Part shown: positions 23,645-35,300 of the stretch, piece after piece
Layout: each line of letters begins with the position of its first letter
Numbering within the stretch: position 1 is the first letter of the stretch
Source: Alloascoidea hylecoeti
Lineage: Eukaryota
Length of the DNA: 64,000 bases
Assembly (NCBI GenBank): GCA_001600815.1
Contig: BCKZ01000017.1
Coordinates: forward strand, 1 to 64,000
Reading direction: 5' to 3'
Position numbers and translations under genes: made by a program
The notes under the pieces: model-generated
What the model saw: the letters and a program-made list of their open reading frames with translations, nothing else
Databases searched by the model: none
Told to the model about the DNA's origin: nothing

Positions 23645-24651
23645 ATGAGTTTCCCAAACATGAATACTACCGGTTTGGCCTCTCCACCACAGGATTCCCC
23701 GTCTCCCTCTTTGTCCCCAGGCCCCAACTCTATAACCGTTACAGTCGGGTCCGGCTCTAATAAACGGAAACAGGTGGTGGAAATGCCGCTACCCCCCGGC
23801 TCTCTGACTCCTAGAAAGCGTGCCAGAACTCAAGATGAAAAGGAGCAACGGCGTATCGAAAGGATAATGAGAAATAGACAGGCGGCTCATGCTTCCCGAG
23901 AAAAGAAACGTAAATATATGGAAAACTTGGAAAACCGTTGCGAGAATTTGACGAAAGAAAATAAATCCTTACAAGACCAGTTAAATGAAACAAAATTAAA
24001 ACAAACGGAGCTCGTAAATCAACATCATACTATGATGGATCAAATTAAACAGCTGACTAGTATTATTCAACAGACTACGGGTCTTAAAATCCCTTCTTTG
24101 GAATTTAAAAATCCCAAGGATAAGTCTCTGCAGTTTGATTCTCCAGCTTCAATATCATTTTCTACTGATGAGGATCAGAAAAGTACTCATGTTTCTTCTA
24201 TACCTGAGGAAGAACAGGTCATCAACGAAATGGAAACTACATCTACTTCAAATTTTGAGAGTAACCCTTCGCGTTATCCAGCAGTGATAATGCAGAAAAC
24301 CTTCCCGCTGCGTCGGCTGTTACTCCAAATGAAGATTTCATTTCTGATAAATTACATTATGACTTGTTGTCTCATGACTCAAGTGATGCCGATTTTGGCA
24401 ATGAAGATCTATCAACAATATTGTTTACACCAGATGAAAATATCCAAGACATCAGCCTTGAATCCCTCAACCCAAAAGAAACTGAAAAATCTAAACCAAC
24501 TTCAGAACATGAAATACCACTTGACCTTGAAGAATCAATCATCTTTAACAGCTCACATCCAATTGACGAATGGTTTCATACAAAGGACGAAACTATATTT
24601 GAAAATATTGAAAATGAAGACAACTTCTGGTTAATAGATGTTACAAACTAA
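23645..24651 (+). CDS. HAC1: UPR bZIP transcription factor Hac1 (spliced form: 23645-24281 + 24308-24651, 326 aa; unspliced ORF 23645-24634, 329 aa)
   Basis: bZIP PRKRARTQDEKEQRRIERIMRNRQAAHASREKKR and the RYPAVIM motif at the Ire1 site. Removing 24282-24307 joins frame 1 to the acidic ORF ending at 24651. Confidence 0.93.
24282..24307 (+). other. Predicted Ire1-cleaved non-spliceosomal intron (26 nt)
   Basis: 5' loop CAG|CAGT on an 8-bp stem (GCGTTATC/GATAATGC). 3' loop CCG|CTGC on an interrupted stem. Basal exon-exon stem TTTGAGAGTAAC (24254-24265)/GTTACTCCAAA (24319-24329). Confidence 0.78.
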
Positions 24652-24838
24652 TAAAGTATATAATAGGAAATGGATTCTTTACACATTAAAATAAAATGAA
24701 AAAATCTTTTTATTCAAGGAGAAGGTATAATTACTTTTTTCTTTCTTTTTTACATGATTATATTTATAAATAAGAGGTATTTTTTATTGTTCTTTTCTTT
24801 TTGATGTTTCGAAATATTAATTGGTATGATAGAATTAT

Positions 24839-24869
24839 GTCTTGGCGCGTCCCTCAGACTGCGACTGAC
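24839..24869 (+). promoter_or_regulatory. HAC1 3'UTR bipartite element (3'BE)-like stem-loop
   Basis: TGGCGCG (24843-24849) and GCGAC (24861-24865), separated by a small GTC/GAC hairpin and closed by GTC/GAC, form a GC-rich island in an AT-rich 3'UTR. Confidence 0.8.
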
Positions 24870-25696
24870 TTTTTTTCGATATCAGTAATATAATCATATC
24901 AACAACTTGAGTTACAATTCAAGAGTTATCTTCTATCTATTTATTAATCATTATGAGAATGGAAATTGTGTTATCCCTACTTTTTTGAGAATTATTTTTT
25001 GTTTTTTATTTCTACTTCCTACTTACTTATACAGTTTGTCTATCTATATGGTTTTTGATGTCTCACTATTCATGGTTATCGGTTGTTTCCCTTTGGTTTT
25101 GTTTATTTATTATCTTTTTTTACTTCTTTATTAAAATTGATTATTTAAGGTCTATTAATATTAATAGTGTTACACTCCTTTCAAACAATTATTAATATAT
25201 TTCATAAAATTAATGGTTAACTCTTTTGGGTCTTTTTTGTTTGTTTTGCTTTTCTATTCTTCTACTACATCTTCATTTTTATAATTTTTTTTTCAATTTT
25301 TTATTTTAAACTTATAAGTTTAGTAACATTACTATTTTCTTGTTGCTTTCTGTTGTCAATAGATTAATTATTAATATCATTATACATGCTTATTAATTCT
25401 ATTTATCAGTTTAAACACTTTCTAACGTTTCGACTGTAGGTAATAGATATCGATATCTTAGATCTAGAACTTATCCAATGCAACTTTATGATAGACGGCA
25501 ACTCAAGGCAAATATGTAAATTTATGCAAAAGGTCAGATTTCTATCCCAATATAATTTTTTAAAAGGATCAAACAGGATGAAGTCCTGCAATCATGTCAT
25601 TAGAGGTTGGACAGCACTGTACACGGAGTGTTGCAACGACAGTAAATTCGTGGCCCTGATCAAATGTGGTGTAGCGACCAATTACTAACTACGCGT

Positions 25697-25891
25697 TAGA
25701 GTTGCGCTCGGGCGAAAGCTCGGGTATTTCAGAGGTGCCCTCCGAGTCCGAGTTCGAGTTTGATACTCCCTTACACCTAAAACACGTGATAATATTTCCT
25801 TTACCTACCTCTCCATAATTACACAATCCAACCTACCGATATTACATTATTATCTGAAATTTTGCTCGGAACGAACCCGATCTCAACTCTA
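25697..25891. mobile_element. hAT-type MITE (195 bp)
   Basis: TIRs TAGAGTTGCGCTCGGG / reverse complement TAGAGTTGAGATCGGG (14/16). Subterminal CTCGG/CCGAG repeats. Flanks CTACGCGT and CTAGTACGCGT resemble a disturbed 8-bp TSD. Confidence 0.7.
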
Positions 25892-28555
25892 CTAGTACGC
25901 GTACGCGTATACTTAGCAGTATACAATGTCTGTGTATAGTACTGAGTCCTCGCTCCTGACTCCTGACGATGGTATAAACCTATAGCGATAACAGTTACGG
26001 TACTACTAAGGGTCGAAAAACTGAGATCAAGATCCCCATGCTTGCGATGTAAGGTAAGTTAACATCTTAATAAGGTTGCGGAGCAAACCATCTAGGAATC
26101 CCACCCCGCTCCAAGGATCAACAACACTGATATAATGATGAGTCCTAAAAATTGCTATATTTACTTTCTATCAAAACATACAATAGAATTTTGTAATCCA
26201 TCCTGAACGTTCTTAGTGTTAATAATTTAACTTAACTTAATTTAACATAGTGTTATAGTTACGACCTGATTGTTCTTCAATTATTTTTCTGTGTGTGTAT
26301 TGGTCAAATTATAAATGATTTTTGATGATAAAAAGTTTTACTTTTTAACTAATATTATAAGATATTTTAATTATCAAGATTTTTCTTTATATCGGTAAGA
26401 ATATCTTTTAAATTTCACCAGGTTAATATAACCTTTTCGTGGATCTTTTCATCACCTATTCATTTTTTATGAGACGATGATATGTCTTTTAATAGTTTAT
26501 CTGAATAAATTTTCAGAAAGACTTTTGATTGTCAGTTTAGGAACTAATAATCAAAATGACTAAAATGGCAATAGACATAATAATCGGATTTACAATTCTT
26601 ATATAGGCTATATGAGGTAAGATATGTGTTTGTCATTGTTATATTTGCCATGAGCTCAAATAATCGATTGCGATAACTTGTAATTTATATATCTAGCTTA
26701 ATCAGATGTAGTATATGAATATTCATTAAGGGATCTTATACATATCTCTTATACCTAGCAATTGTGAAGAAATTTTTGCACTTTACCATCTTGCATGGTA
26801 TATTTGTAATTGAATATTAGAGAATATTGTGTATCATATCTAACATTAATGTTGCAATTTGTCGTAATATTTTAAAATTTGGAGTTCAAAGAATTATTGG
26901 ACATGATATATTTTGATAAGGATACTACTATTAATTTCATTTTATAGTTAATTACAACCACTTTCGCTATAAATATCTTTTATACACACTTATTCTGTAG
27001 TGTTTTTTCAAAATCATAGTAATCTATGGTATATTTATGGAGTTGAGACTTTTGGACCTTCATATCTAGATCTACTGGCTTACATTATCTAGGCAAAAGG
27101 AGGACTCTATAATATTAAATATTCTTCATTTATTCTACAGTACTATCGATATCTAAGATTTTTTCTTCCTTTTTTCTGGTTCACCAGATTCTACCGGTAA
27201 TAGAATGCCTAACAAGCTTTTAATTAAGTATATTTTGTTATATAAATATTGACCAGTGGATCATTATCTGATCAAAAATGTCCACAAACAAGCAATATAG
27301 CATACTAAAGCATGGATCACAAAGTGAGGTCGGACTTCCCGAATCCCTATGCACTTCATGAATGTGGACTTAAATAATAAAATCCTTTATTCAAGACATG
27401 TTAAATATGTCCTTCTAAAGGTGTTGGTAAATCAACAAGAAAATAATTGTTAAATTACAATCAAAATCACCATCGACACCTTTAGATTTTTTAAATAGAA
27501 TACATATGGGGAAACAACAACAAGTTCATATATTGCCATTGAAATATATTTGATTAAAGTTGGTAATAAATATTCATCTTTACGGGTTGATAATCTTTTC
27601 TTTTTGTTATTATCAAGTTTAATAAATTTCAATCAGTTATATTAGCTCTTTGAGTAAAAGGTTTTTGATGGAGCTATTGAATATTTGTCTATCCATGTGA
27701 TGCCTTAAACAGAAGAAGCTTGAGACGATTAACTATTCAACATTAACTGACTGTGTAAATTAGAATTTAACAGAAAAACAATGATTCTACTCTAAAAATT
27801 TACCTTAATAAGATCCCAGAGAGATTACTTATGATAATGCAAATTTAAAACATTCAGATATTAGGAATTTATTATTCAAATCTTGTGTTTATGAATTCAG
27901 TGCCAAAGAGCTTCTCTGGGTATAATTAGCTTCTACATAAGAAATTTCTACGTGATGAGGATCTATTTTAATGATATAGAAGCATTTAGATCACTCTCCA
28001 AATGAGGATCTTCCAACATCATGCAGGATCAAAGAATCAAATACTTTTGCTAGATTAATCTGAATGAAGCGGTTGTTCAATTAAATGATTACAATAATAG
28101 ATCAGACCCTTATCTCTTGGAAATATATATGCCAATACGTATATGGAAACTAGAATTGACACTAGAGATGAGACAGGTAGATGTTGCACAGTTTGTGTTA
28201 TCATTTTATTGGGTTTGAAAGTGAAAGTTAACTTTGATGATAATTGATTAAATTGAGCAAATCACATTTTATAGTTCATGTATTTTTGATCGATAATAAT
28301 TGGTGGGGTACGTGTGTTAACGGACACATCTGTCGTGTTTCTCTGAATATAGAGATTTTAAACAAAATCCGGGGTATTCACCATGCATATGCATATGCAT
28401 CCACAAAACCATAATAGTCTGCGAATGCGGACAATAACAAACAAGTTACTCCGCTTCACCTCCACACATCTTCTATATATATTCTTGACTCGTTTTTTTA
28501 TTCTAACTTCCTATTTAACTGTTAGAAATAAGTCTAAAATCAAAATACATCCATA

Positions 28556-29821
28556 ATGTTGAGACGTTTAAACCCCTTCAATTTAAACGGCTCTAGAGTC
28601 ATCTCTTCAATTTCAACCAATCAAGTTCGTTATTTTGGTCAGTTTAAATATGACAATCCTCTAAATTTAACAAGCTTGTTAACGGAAGATGAACGTGCAG
28701 TTGCAGAAGCTGCAAATGAATATTGTCAGGCTCAACTCCAACCAAGAATCATTGATGCCTATCGTAATGAGAAATTTGATAAATCAATAATGCGTGAATT
28801 TGGTTCAATGGGTTTACTTGGTCCACAAATCGAAGGATATGGTTGTTCCGGTATTGGTACTGTTGCGTATGGTTTAATCGCAAGAGAAGTTGAAAGAGTC
28901 GACTCTGGTTATAGAAGTGCCATGAGTGTTCAGTCCTCTTTGGTTATGCTACCAATTTCGGAATTTGGTTCTGAAGAACAGAAGGAAAGATTTATACCAA
29001 AACTGGCAACAGGTGAATTAATTGGTTGTTTTGGATTGACTGAACCAAATTATGGCTCTGATCCAGGCAGCATGATTACAAATGCAAAATTACATCCAAT
29101 TAAAAAAGATACTTATATTTTAAATGGTGCAAAAACCTGGATTACTAATTCTCCAATTGCTGATTTATTAGTCGTCTGGGCCAAATTAGATGGTAAAATC
29201 CGTGGATTTTTGGTCGAAAGAGAAAAAGCAGGTCCTGGACTGAGTACCCCGGCAATACACGGAAAAACTGCCTTAAGGGCAAGTATAACTGGTATGATTC
29301 AATTGGATAATGTTGAAGTACCAGCTGATAATCTTTTGCCAAAAGCTTTTGGTCTGAAAGGTCCATTTACCTGTCTTAACTCTGCAAGATATGGTATAGC
29401 ATGGGGTGCCATAGGTGCTTTAGAAGAAGCTGTCAAAATAACCCGTCAATACGCTTTAGAAAGAACCCAATTCGGCAACCCATTAGCAAAGTACCAATTA
29501 ATTCAAATGAAATTATCACAGGCTGTTACCGATATTGCCTATGGCCAACTGGCATGTCTACAAGTTGGTAGATTGAAGGATGCACATAGCCCTGACTTTT
29601 GTCCAGAGATGATTTCATTGATAAAGAAACAGAATACCGATAGAGCTTTGTACAATTCTAGAAAACTAATGGAAGTTTTTGGTGGTAATGGTATTGCTGA
29701 TGAATATCATATCTCAAGAATAGCAAATAATCTATTTGTTGTTCAAACTTATGAGGGACAATCTGATATTCATGGTTTAATTTTAGGTAGAGCAATTACT
29801 GGTGAAAATGGTTTCTTTTAG
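28556..29821 (+). CDS. Glutaryl-CoA dehydrogenase, mitochondrial
   Basis: Presequence-like N-terminus, EVERVDSGYRSAMSVQSSLVM, GCFGLTEPNYGSDP and TYEGQSDIHGLILGRAITG. Confidence 0.93.
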   Translation: MLRRLNPFNLNGSRVISSISTNQVRYFGQFKYDNPLNLTSLLTEDERAVAEAANEYCQAQLQPRIIDAYRNEKFDKSIMREFGSMGLLGPQIEGYGCSGIGTVAYGLIAREVERVDSGYRSAMSVQSSLVMLPISEFGSEEQKERFIPKLATGELIGCFGLTEPNYGSDPGSMITNAKLHPIKKDTYILNGAKTWITNSPIADLLVVWAKLDGKIRGFLVEREKAGPGLSTPAIHGKTALRASITGMIQLDNVEVPADNLLPKAFGLKGPFTCLNSARYGIAWGAIGALEEAVKITRQYALERTQFGNPLAKYQLIQMKLSQAVTDIAYGQLACLQVGRLKDAHSPDFCPEMISLIKKQNTDRALYNSRKLMEVFGGNGIADEYHISRIANNLFVVQTYEGQSDIHGLILGRAITGENGFF

Positions 29822-29898
29822 AATAATAAAAAAAAGAAACTAATATTATATACGAATGAATCATATATACGAGAAGTAAATCATAGAATAAATATCCT

Positions 29899-30936
29899 CT
29901 AGCTAAGATTATAACGACTCTTCAAATTAGTCCACCAATCCCTAAACATCCAGCCATCAAAGTCGGTAATTACAGTTGAAGAACCCGAATTCATAATGAA
30001 TTCAGTGACTCCAGTAGGGGTCCAATCATAAAAATCATCCAATGCGTAAGTATGTCCTACTTCATGAAGATAAATGTGAATATTTTCGGTACCAGTTTCA
30101 ATAGCATTTATGAAATATTCTAAACCTATCCTTTGACCCCAATCACCACCAGCTCCACCATTCATACCTTCTGTCAACCAAAGTGAATGATCATAATGTT
30201 GATCTGATCCAGCTGCACAACTGGAATAATCATTATCCGTATGGAAAAACCTACCACAGTTTTCAGAACATTGAGGAATACCATCCGAATCTGTATCAGT
30301 ATAAATATTAAGACCAGTCGTACCACCTTCAACAAGATCCTTTGATTTAACAGCCCAGCCAACAACTGATACTGGGACACTTGTATATGGAAAGCCATCA
30401 TAGCCAATTAACCAATCCATCCATTTAGAATATTGCTTTTTTAAAGCAGCTTCGATTTCTGTTCTATATGTTTTAGTAAGTTTTGTACTATTGGTGTCCC
30501 ATCGAACACAGTAATTTATTTTCCCTTTATGGGCCATAACTTGATCAAATCCATAATTCTTGAATCCGGTGGGATTGGAGTAAGTTGACATTTCATGAGC
30601 CCAAACTTGAGATAGTGGAGTGACAAGTGAGGCGGGTGGATCCCATGTTGACTTGCGGGCTGTGGTGGTTTTGCGGGCTGTGGTGGTCTTGCGGGCTGTG
30701 GTTGTCTTCTTAGCACGAGCAACAAGATTAATACCATCATCAGCGGTCGCAGTGCCACTAGGAGCGTAAACTGTTTCTAAAGTAGATTTATAAACATCAT
30801 TATTACTAACCACAGCTTCTGAAGATGGGAAAGAACAAATTGAAGTAACAGCGACACTGGCAGATTCAGCATTGACTCTGAAGGATAATAGTACTGCTAC
30901 TCCTAAGAGAGTAACCGATCTAAATGAATTCTTCAT
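29899..30936 (-). CDS. Secreted neutral zinc-metallopeptidase-like protein (HExxH)
   Basis: Signal peptide, Ser/Thr linker with TTARK repeats, INYCVRWD, GGAGGDWGQR and HEVGHTYALDDFY. Confidence 0.8.
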   Translation of the reverse strand: MKNSFRSVTLLGVAVLLSFRVNAESASVAVTSICSFPSSEAVVSNNDVYKSTLETVYAPSGTATADDGINLVARAKKTTTARKTTTARKTTTARKSTWDPPASLVTPLSQVWAHEMSTYSNPTGFKNYGFDQVMAHKGKINYCVRWDTNSTKLTKTYRTEIEAALKKQYSKWMDWLIGYDGFPYTSVPVSVVGWAVKSKDLVEGGTTGLNIYTDTDSDGIPQCSENCGRFFHTDNDYSSCAAGSDQHYDHSLWLTEGMNGGAGGDWGQRIGLEYFINAIETGTENIHIYLHEVGHTYALDDFYDWTPTGVTEFIMNSGSSTVITDFDGWMFRDWWTNLKSRYNLS

Positions 30937-32232
30937 TCTAATTATGGTGATAAGAAATTATGAATATCAGGATATTCTTATTTTATATAGCAAAAACTTA
31001 AGAAGATAATAAGTATTATAAAATCCATATTAATAGTACAAAGTCAATAAATTTATTCAAAAGGCGCTCTAGTAATATAATGATAATAAAATGTATATTT
31101 TTGGGGGTATTGATGAAAAGAATCCGTATATCTTACGATTTTACGCTTGAAACGTGTTTGAGGAAATTGAGAGATTGCCCTTAGCTTCTGGAGAGACCAT
31201 TAAATTATAACAAAACATGCACAGCATGTCTTATTAATAATTTGGGGCGTATATATTTAAGGGATTTGAGCAATTACGAAGTACGATAATATACTAACTT
31301 AGCGCTATGATTTCAATGATAATATTATATCCACGACGATTACGCCACTTTCTAATTGTGGTGAAGCTTCAGGATTGCCTCAAATAATGAAAGGGGACAC
31401 AAACTTTGAGATATGTGCCTTTTTAATTATGCAGGGACCAGGGGCCCAGAAAAGGGCAGGAAGATTAATTAATCCGTTTGTCTCTGACCCTGAAGTCTCA
31501 TAACATTTCCTATGGCTGATATGATTTTTGATATACAGTCACAAGAAAGAAGATTGGTGCACTTGAATTATGAAAAAAGAATAGGAACTTTTAAATATAA
31601 ATTAAGTGGCATTACTTTATTATGAATGATAAAGTTTAAAAGACAAATAGTGATCGATGTGTTATAACCAAACGTTTTACATATTAGCACATTTCATATA
31701 ATGCCTCTCTGACTTATTTACATCTCGGATTCTTATAATAAGCTGGGTTTTTAATGGAATTATCGTCTATCGCCTTTATAGAAACCCCAATAAATTAAAT
31801 TGTAACAGTTGCATCATTTATATAACAAACCTAGGAGTAAAAGCTAGTATTTCTAATCATATTTATAGTACGGCACAAACATGTAGCTTTATAATTAAAT
31901 GATCAATTCCTAGAGAATCAAATTATAGATCTGCAAAAAGACAAATAGATTTATACTAGTATAAACTTAACGGAAATAACAAAGGTAATCTTATTTAATG
32001 GTCAGTACATAATCACCTGGAGAAGCATAGTAAAAAATAACATCCTTTTATAAAACTGTATAATCTATTTAGAAAAAAAATGAACATTTGCAAACAATGT
32101 ATAAGGGGATAAGAAAAGTTATCACCTGAAATAATTATTATAAAAACACTAATGTATAAATATGGCCATTGTATAAACCACAAAAATAAAATAAAATAAA
32201 AAACCCAGAAAAAAACAAATGAGGATTTAATT

Positions 32233-32265
32233 CTAAACAATTAACCAGGACCCACTCATATCCTC

Positions 32266-32318
<53 letters not shown>

Positions 32319-35300
32319 CATTACTTGGTTTTGATTTTGAGGTTGAAGTTGAAGTTGAAGGTGAAGTTGATTTAGATTCCTCTTGTTGATTTTTATTGTT
32401 AATCTTCTTTGCTTTAATTAAAGATTTAGCATATTCTAAATCTCTATAAATGGCTAGAATAGCAGTTCCAACACCATCTTCATTTGAAATCTTTTCGCCA
32501 ATATGTTTAGCTTTCATAATAATTCTTTGATTTAAAGTAACTTGTTTAATTGCCTTGGATAATGAAGATAGAGTTAATTTTTTTAACATTACACCAACAC
32601 CAAGATCTTCAACTCTATTTGCATAAAAAAATTGATCAGCGAAGAAAGGTTTAATAACAGTTGGTAAGCCATATCTTAAAGAAGCGCCAGTTGTCCCACA
32701 ACCACCATGGTGAACAGCGGCATCTATTTGTGGGAATAACCAATCATGTGGGATTGATTTAACTGAATATACCTCAGCACATTTGGAAATTAGTTTATCA
32801 CTTTCTTTATCAATCGCATCTTTATTTGATGAAACTCTATCAGACCATCCTTTTGATAGGATACAACGAACATCTGATTTAACTACTGCATTAAGAACAG
32901 TTTTCGTTAATTCTGATGGATTATTGATAACAATTGATCCAAAACCAATATATATTAATTTTTTGTTATCTTTTTTAGCCTTTGATATAAAATTTAATAA
33001 ATCTGCTGGAGGTTTATAATCATCTTTTTGATTTAAAAACCAATATCCAGTAACTTTAATCCAATCACTAAAATCAACAGATGGTGGGAAAACAGATGGA
33101 CTTACCATATATAAAAATGGAACTTTATTTTGTTGTAATAAATCAAGATTTGTCTTTTCAAGTTTTAAAGTATTGATTCTCCATTTATTAACTTGATTAC
33201 TTATACCTTTCCAAAAAATATTTTCAAACATAACATAAGTTAAATAATTATAAGAACCACCCATTTTTTGTTCAGGTACAATGAAAGCATGAGGATAAGC
33301 TCTTGTTCTTGTCCATGGCATTGTAAATGCTCTAAAATAAGGAATTTGTAAAGCTTCAGCAATATGAATACCTGCCATAGCAGAAGGACTTTCGATTAAT
33401 ACATCAGAATCTTGACAAGCAATCCAACTTGATTCTAATAGCTCATCTATCCATGATTTAAAATGAACTAAAGAATCTCTTATAAAAGAAACAGATAATG
33501 AACCATGTTCAATCATCAATTGCATTAATTTGGTTGGATTTCCAGCGATTTCAGAAAATTTTAAATTATTCTCTTCAATCCAATCTTTAAATTCAAGATG
33601 AGTTACAATTTTAACTGAATGACCTTGTTCAATCAATCTTTTACCGAGAGCGATATATGGCTGAACATCACCTCTTGAACCAATAGTTAACATTGTAAAT
33701 CTATATTTAATCTTGACGTTTTTTGGTTTTAAACTGCTAAAATTAATTTCTTCATCCATTATTATTGGTTTAGGGAAACCTTGTTCACTTCTTAATGCAT
33801 CTTCATAACTATATAATCTTGCAGTATCAATTAAATTTTTTGTTAGTGAATGTGGTGAATCATCTAACTGACTATCAGTTAATTTTGTATTTAATGACGA
33901 AGTTAAAGATAATGTATTTTTTTGTTTTTGAATGTTATCTAATTGTTTTAATAAAACTAATTCACAATCATCTCTTGCAACTGAATTACTAAATTCAAAA
34001 AAGATTTCTTCATGACCTTTTATAACAATAACAAGACCAGAATAACCAAATCTAAAACCTTTTTCTTTATAAACATTTTCAATATCATCATATGGTAATA
34101 TCATTTTAATTTTTGTTAATGATTTTGGTAATAAACTTCTATAACATATATTTTTTAAACCTAAATATATTTTTCCATATATTGGGATTGTTTTTTGTAA
34201 ATAAGAATAATAACTTGCAATTAAAGATTCTGAATTTAATAAAGCAAAATGAGAACGATAATGTTCATTTGATTTTGAAATATTTGCTGGTGATGAAATG
34301 ACTTGAGTTTCATCATTATTTGGTAAAATATTCCTAAATCCTTCATTACTATTAGTATTAATTATATCAGAAGAACTATAATGCTTATGATTCGCAGACC
34401 ACATTTCACTAACTTTTGATAATGACGAACCAACTGTTTTTGGAATAGCACGGTGTTTAACCCAATCAGACCATCCATAACTATTATTTGTGTTAATACT
34501 TGGATTTGGTTCTATATGAATATCAGGTGGTTGAGATGATAATGAAGCAGTACTACTTTCCATTGAAAAACTTGACATATTCGGAGATGAAGGTAGTATT
34601 TGACTCATTGATGGAGATAATGGAGGTGAAAGAATTGGATTTTTGGGGGAATCATTATCAGGTATAGAATGAGATTCGGTTATTGTGATATGTTTTTTTA
34701 GTGGTATAAGACTTTCAAAATTAGAGCCTGAAAGAGACTTTGAATGTGTATGTGAATTTGAAGAACTAGATCTTGATCTTGATCTAGAACGATGATGAAA
34801 AGCATCACCTAATACTTTTCTATGATTAAACAATTCAGAAACATCCATATCATCACACATTTTCATTAAGGGTTTTGGAGAAGTTGCTGATCTGTTTCTT
34901 GAAGCTGATTTAGAAGTTGATCTTAAACGTGATAAAAGACCAGTTATACTACCAGTTGTTCCAGATCGGTCTCTACCGTTATCTGATCTTGACCTCGATC
35001 TTGATCTTGAAGGAGATGTAGGTTGAGATTTTAAAAGATCTCTTTGATTTTTTTCTCTTAATAATTCCTTTTCATGTTCTTTAGTTGTATCTAAAATAGT
35101 CAAATTTCTATTTTCAGCTTCTTGTAACTCTTTCTTTTCGTTATTTTTTTCATTAAAATTTAAATTTATTTTTGAAATATCATCATCATTTGATTTGAAA
35201 AAAGTAAAAAAATAATCATCAATTACAAAAGAATTTGAATCTTCAATAATTTTAATTTTTAAAGTTTTACCAACTTCAAAAATTGGGATTTCTTCCAAAT

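Noticed and set aside
24364..24651. Separate 95-aa gene downstream of HAC1
   Set aside because: It is the second exon of spliced HAC1.
25963..26020. CTGACGA...CGAAA hammerhead-like motifs
   Set aside because: Required stems could not be formed convincingly.
26200..28200. Short ORFs in the AT-rich block before the glutaryl-CoA dehydrogenase gene
   Set aside because: No recognisable motifs; possibly old decayed insertions but unsupported.
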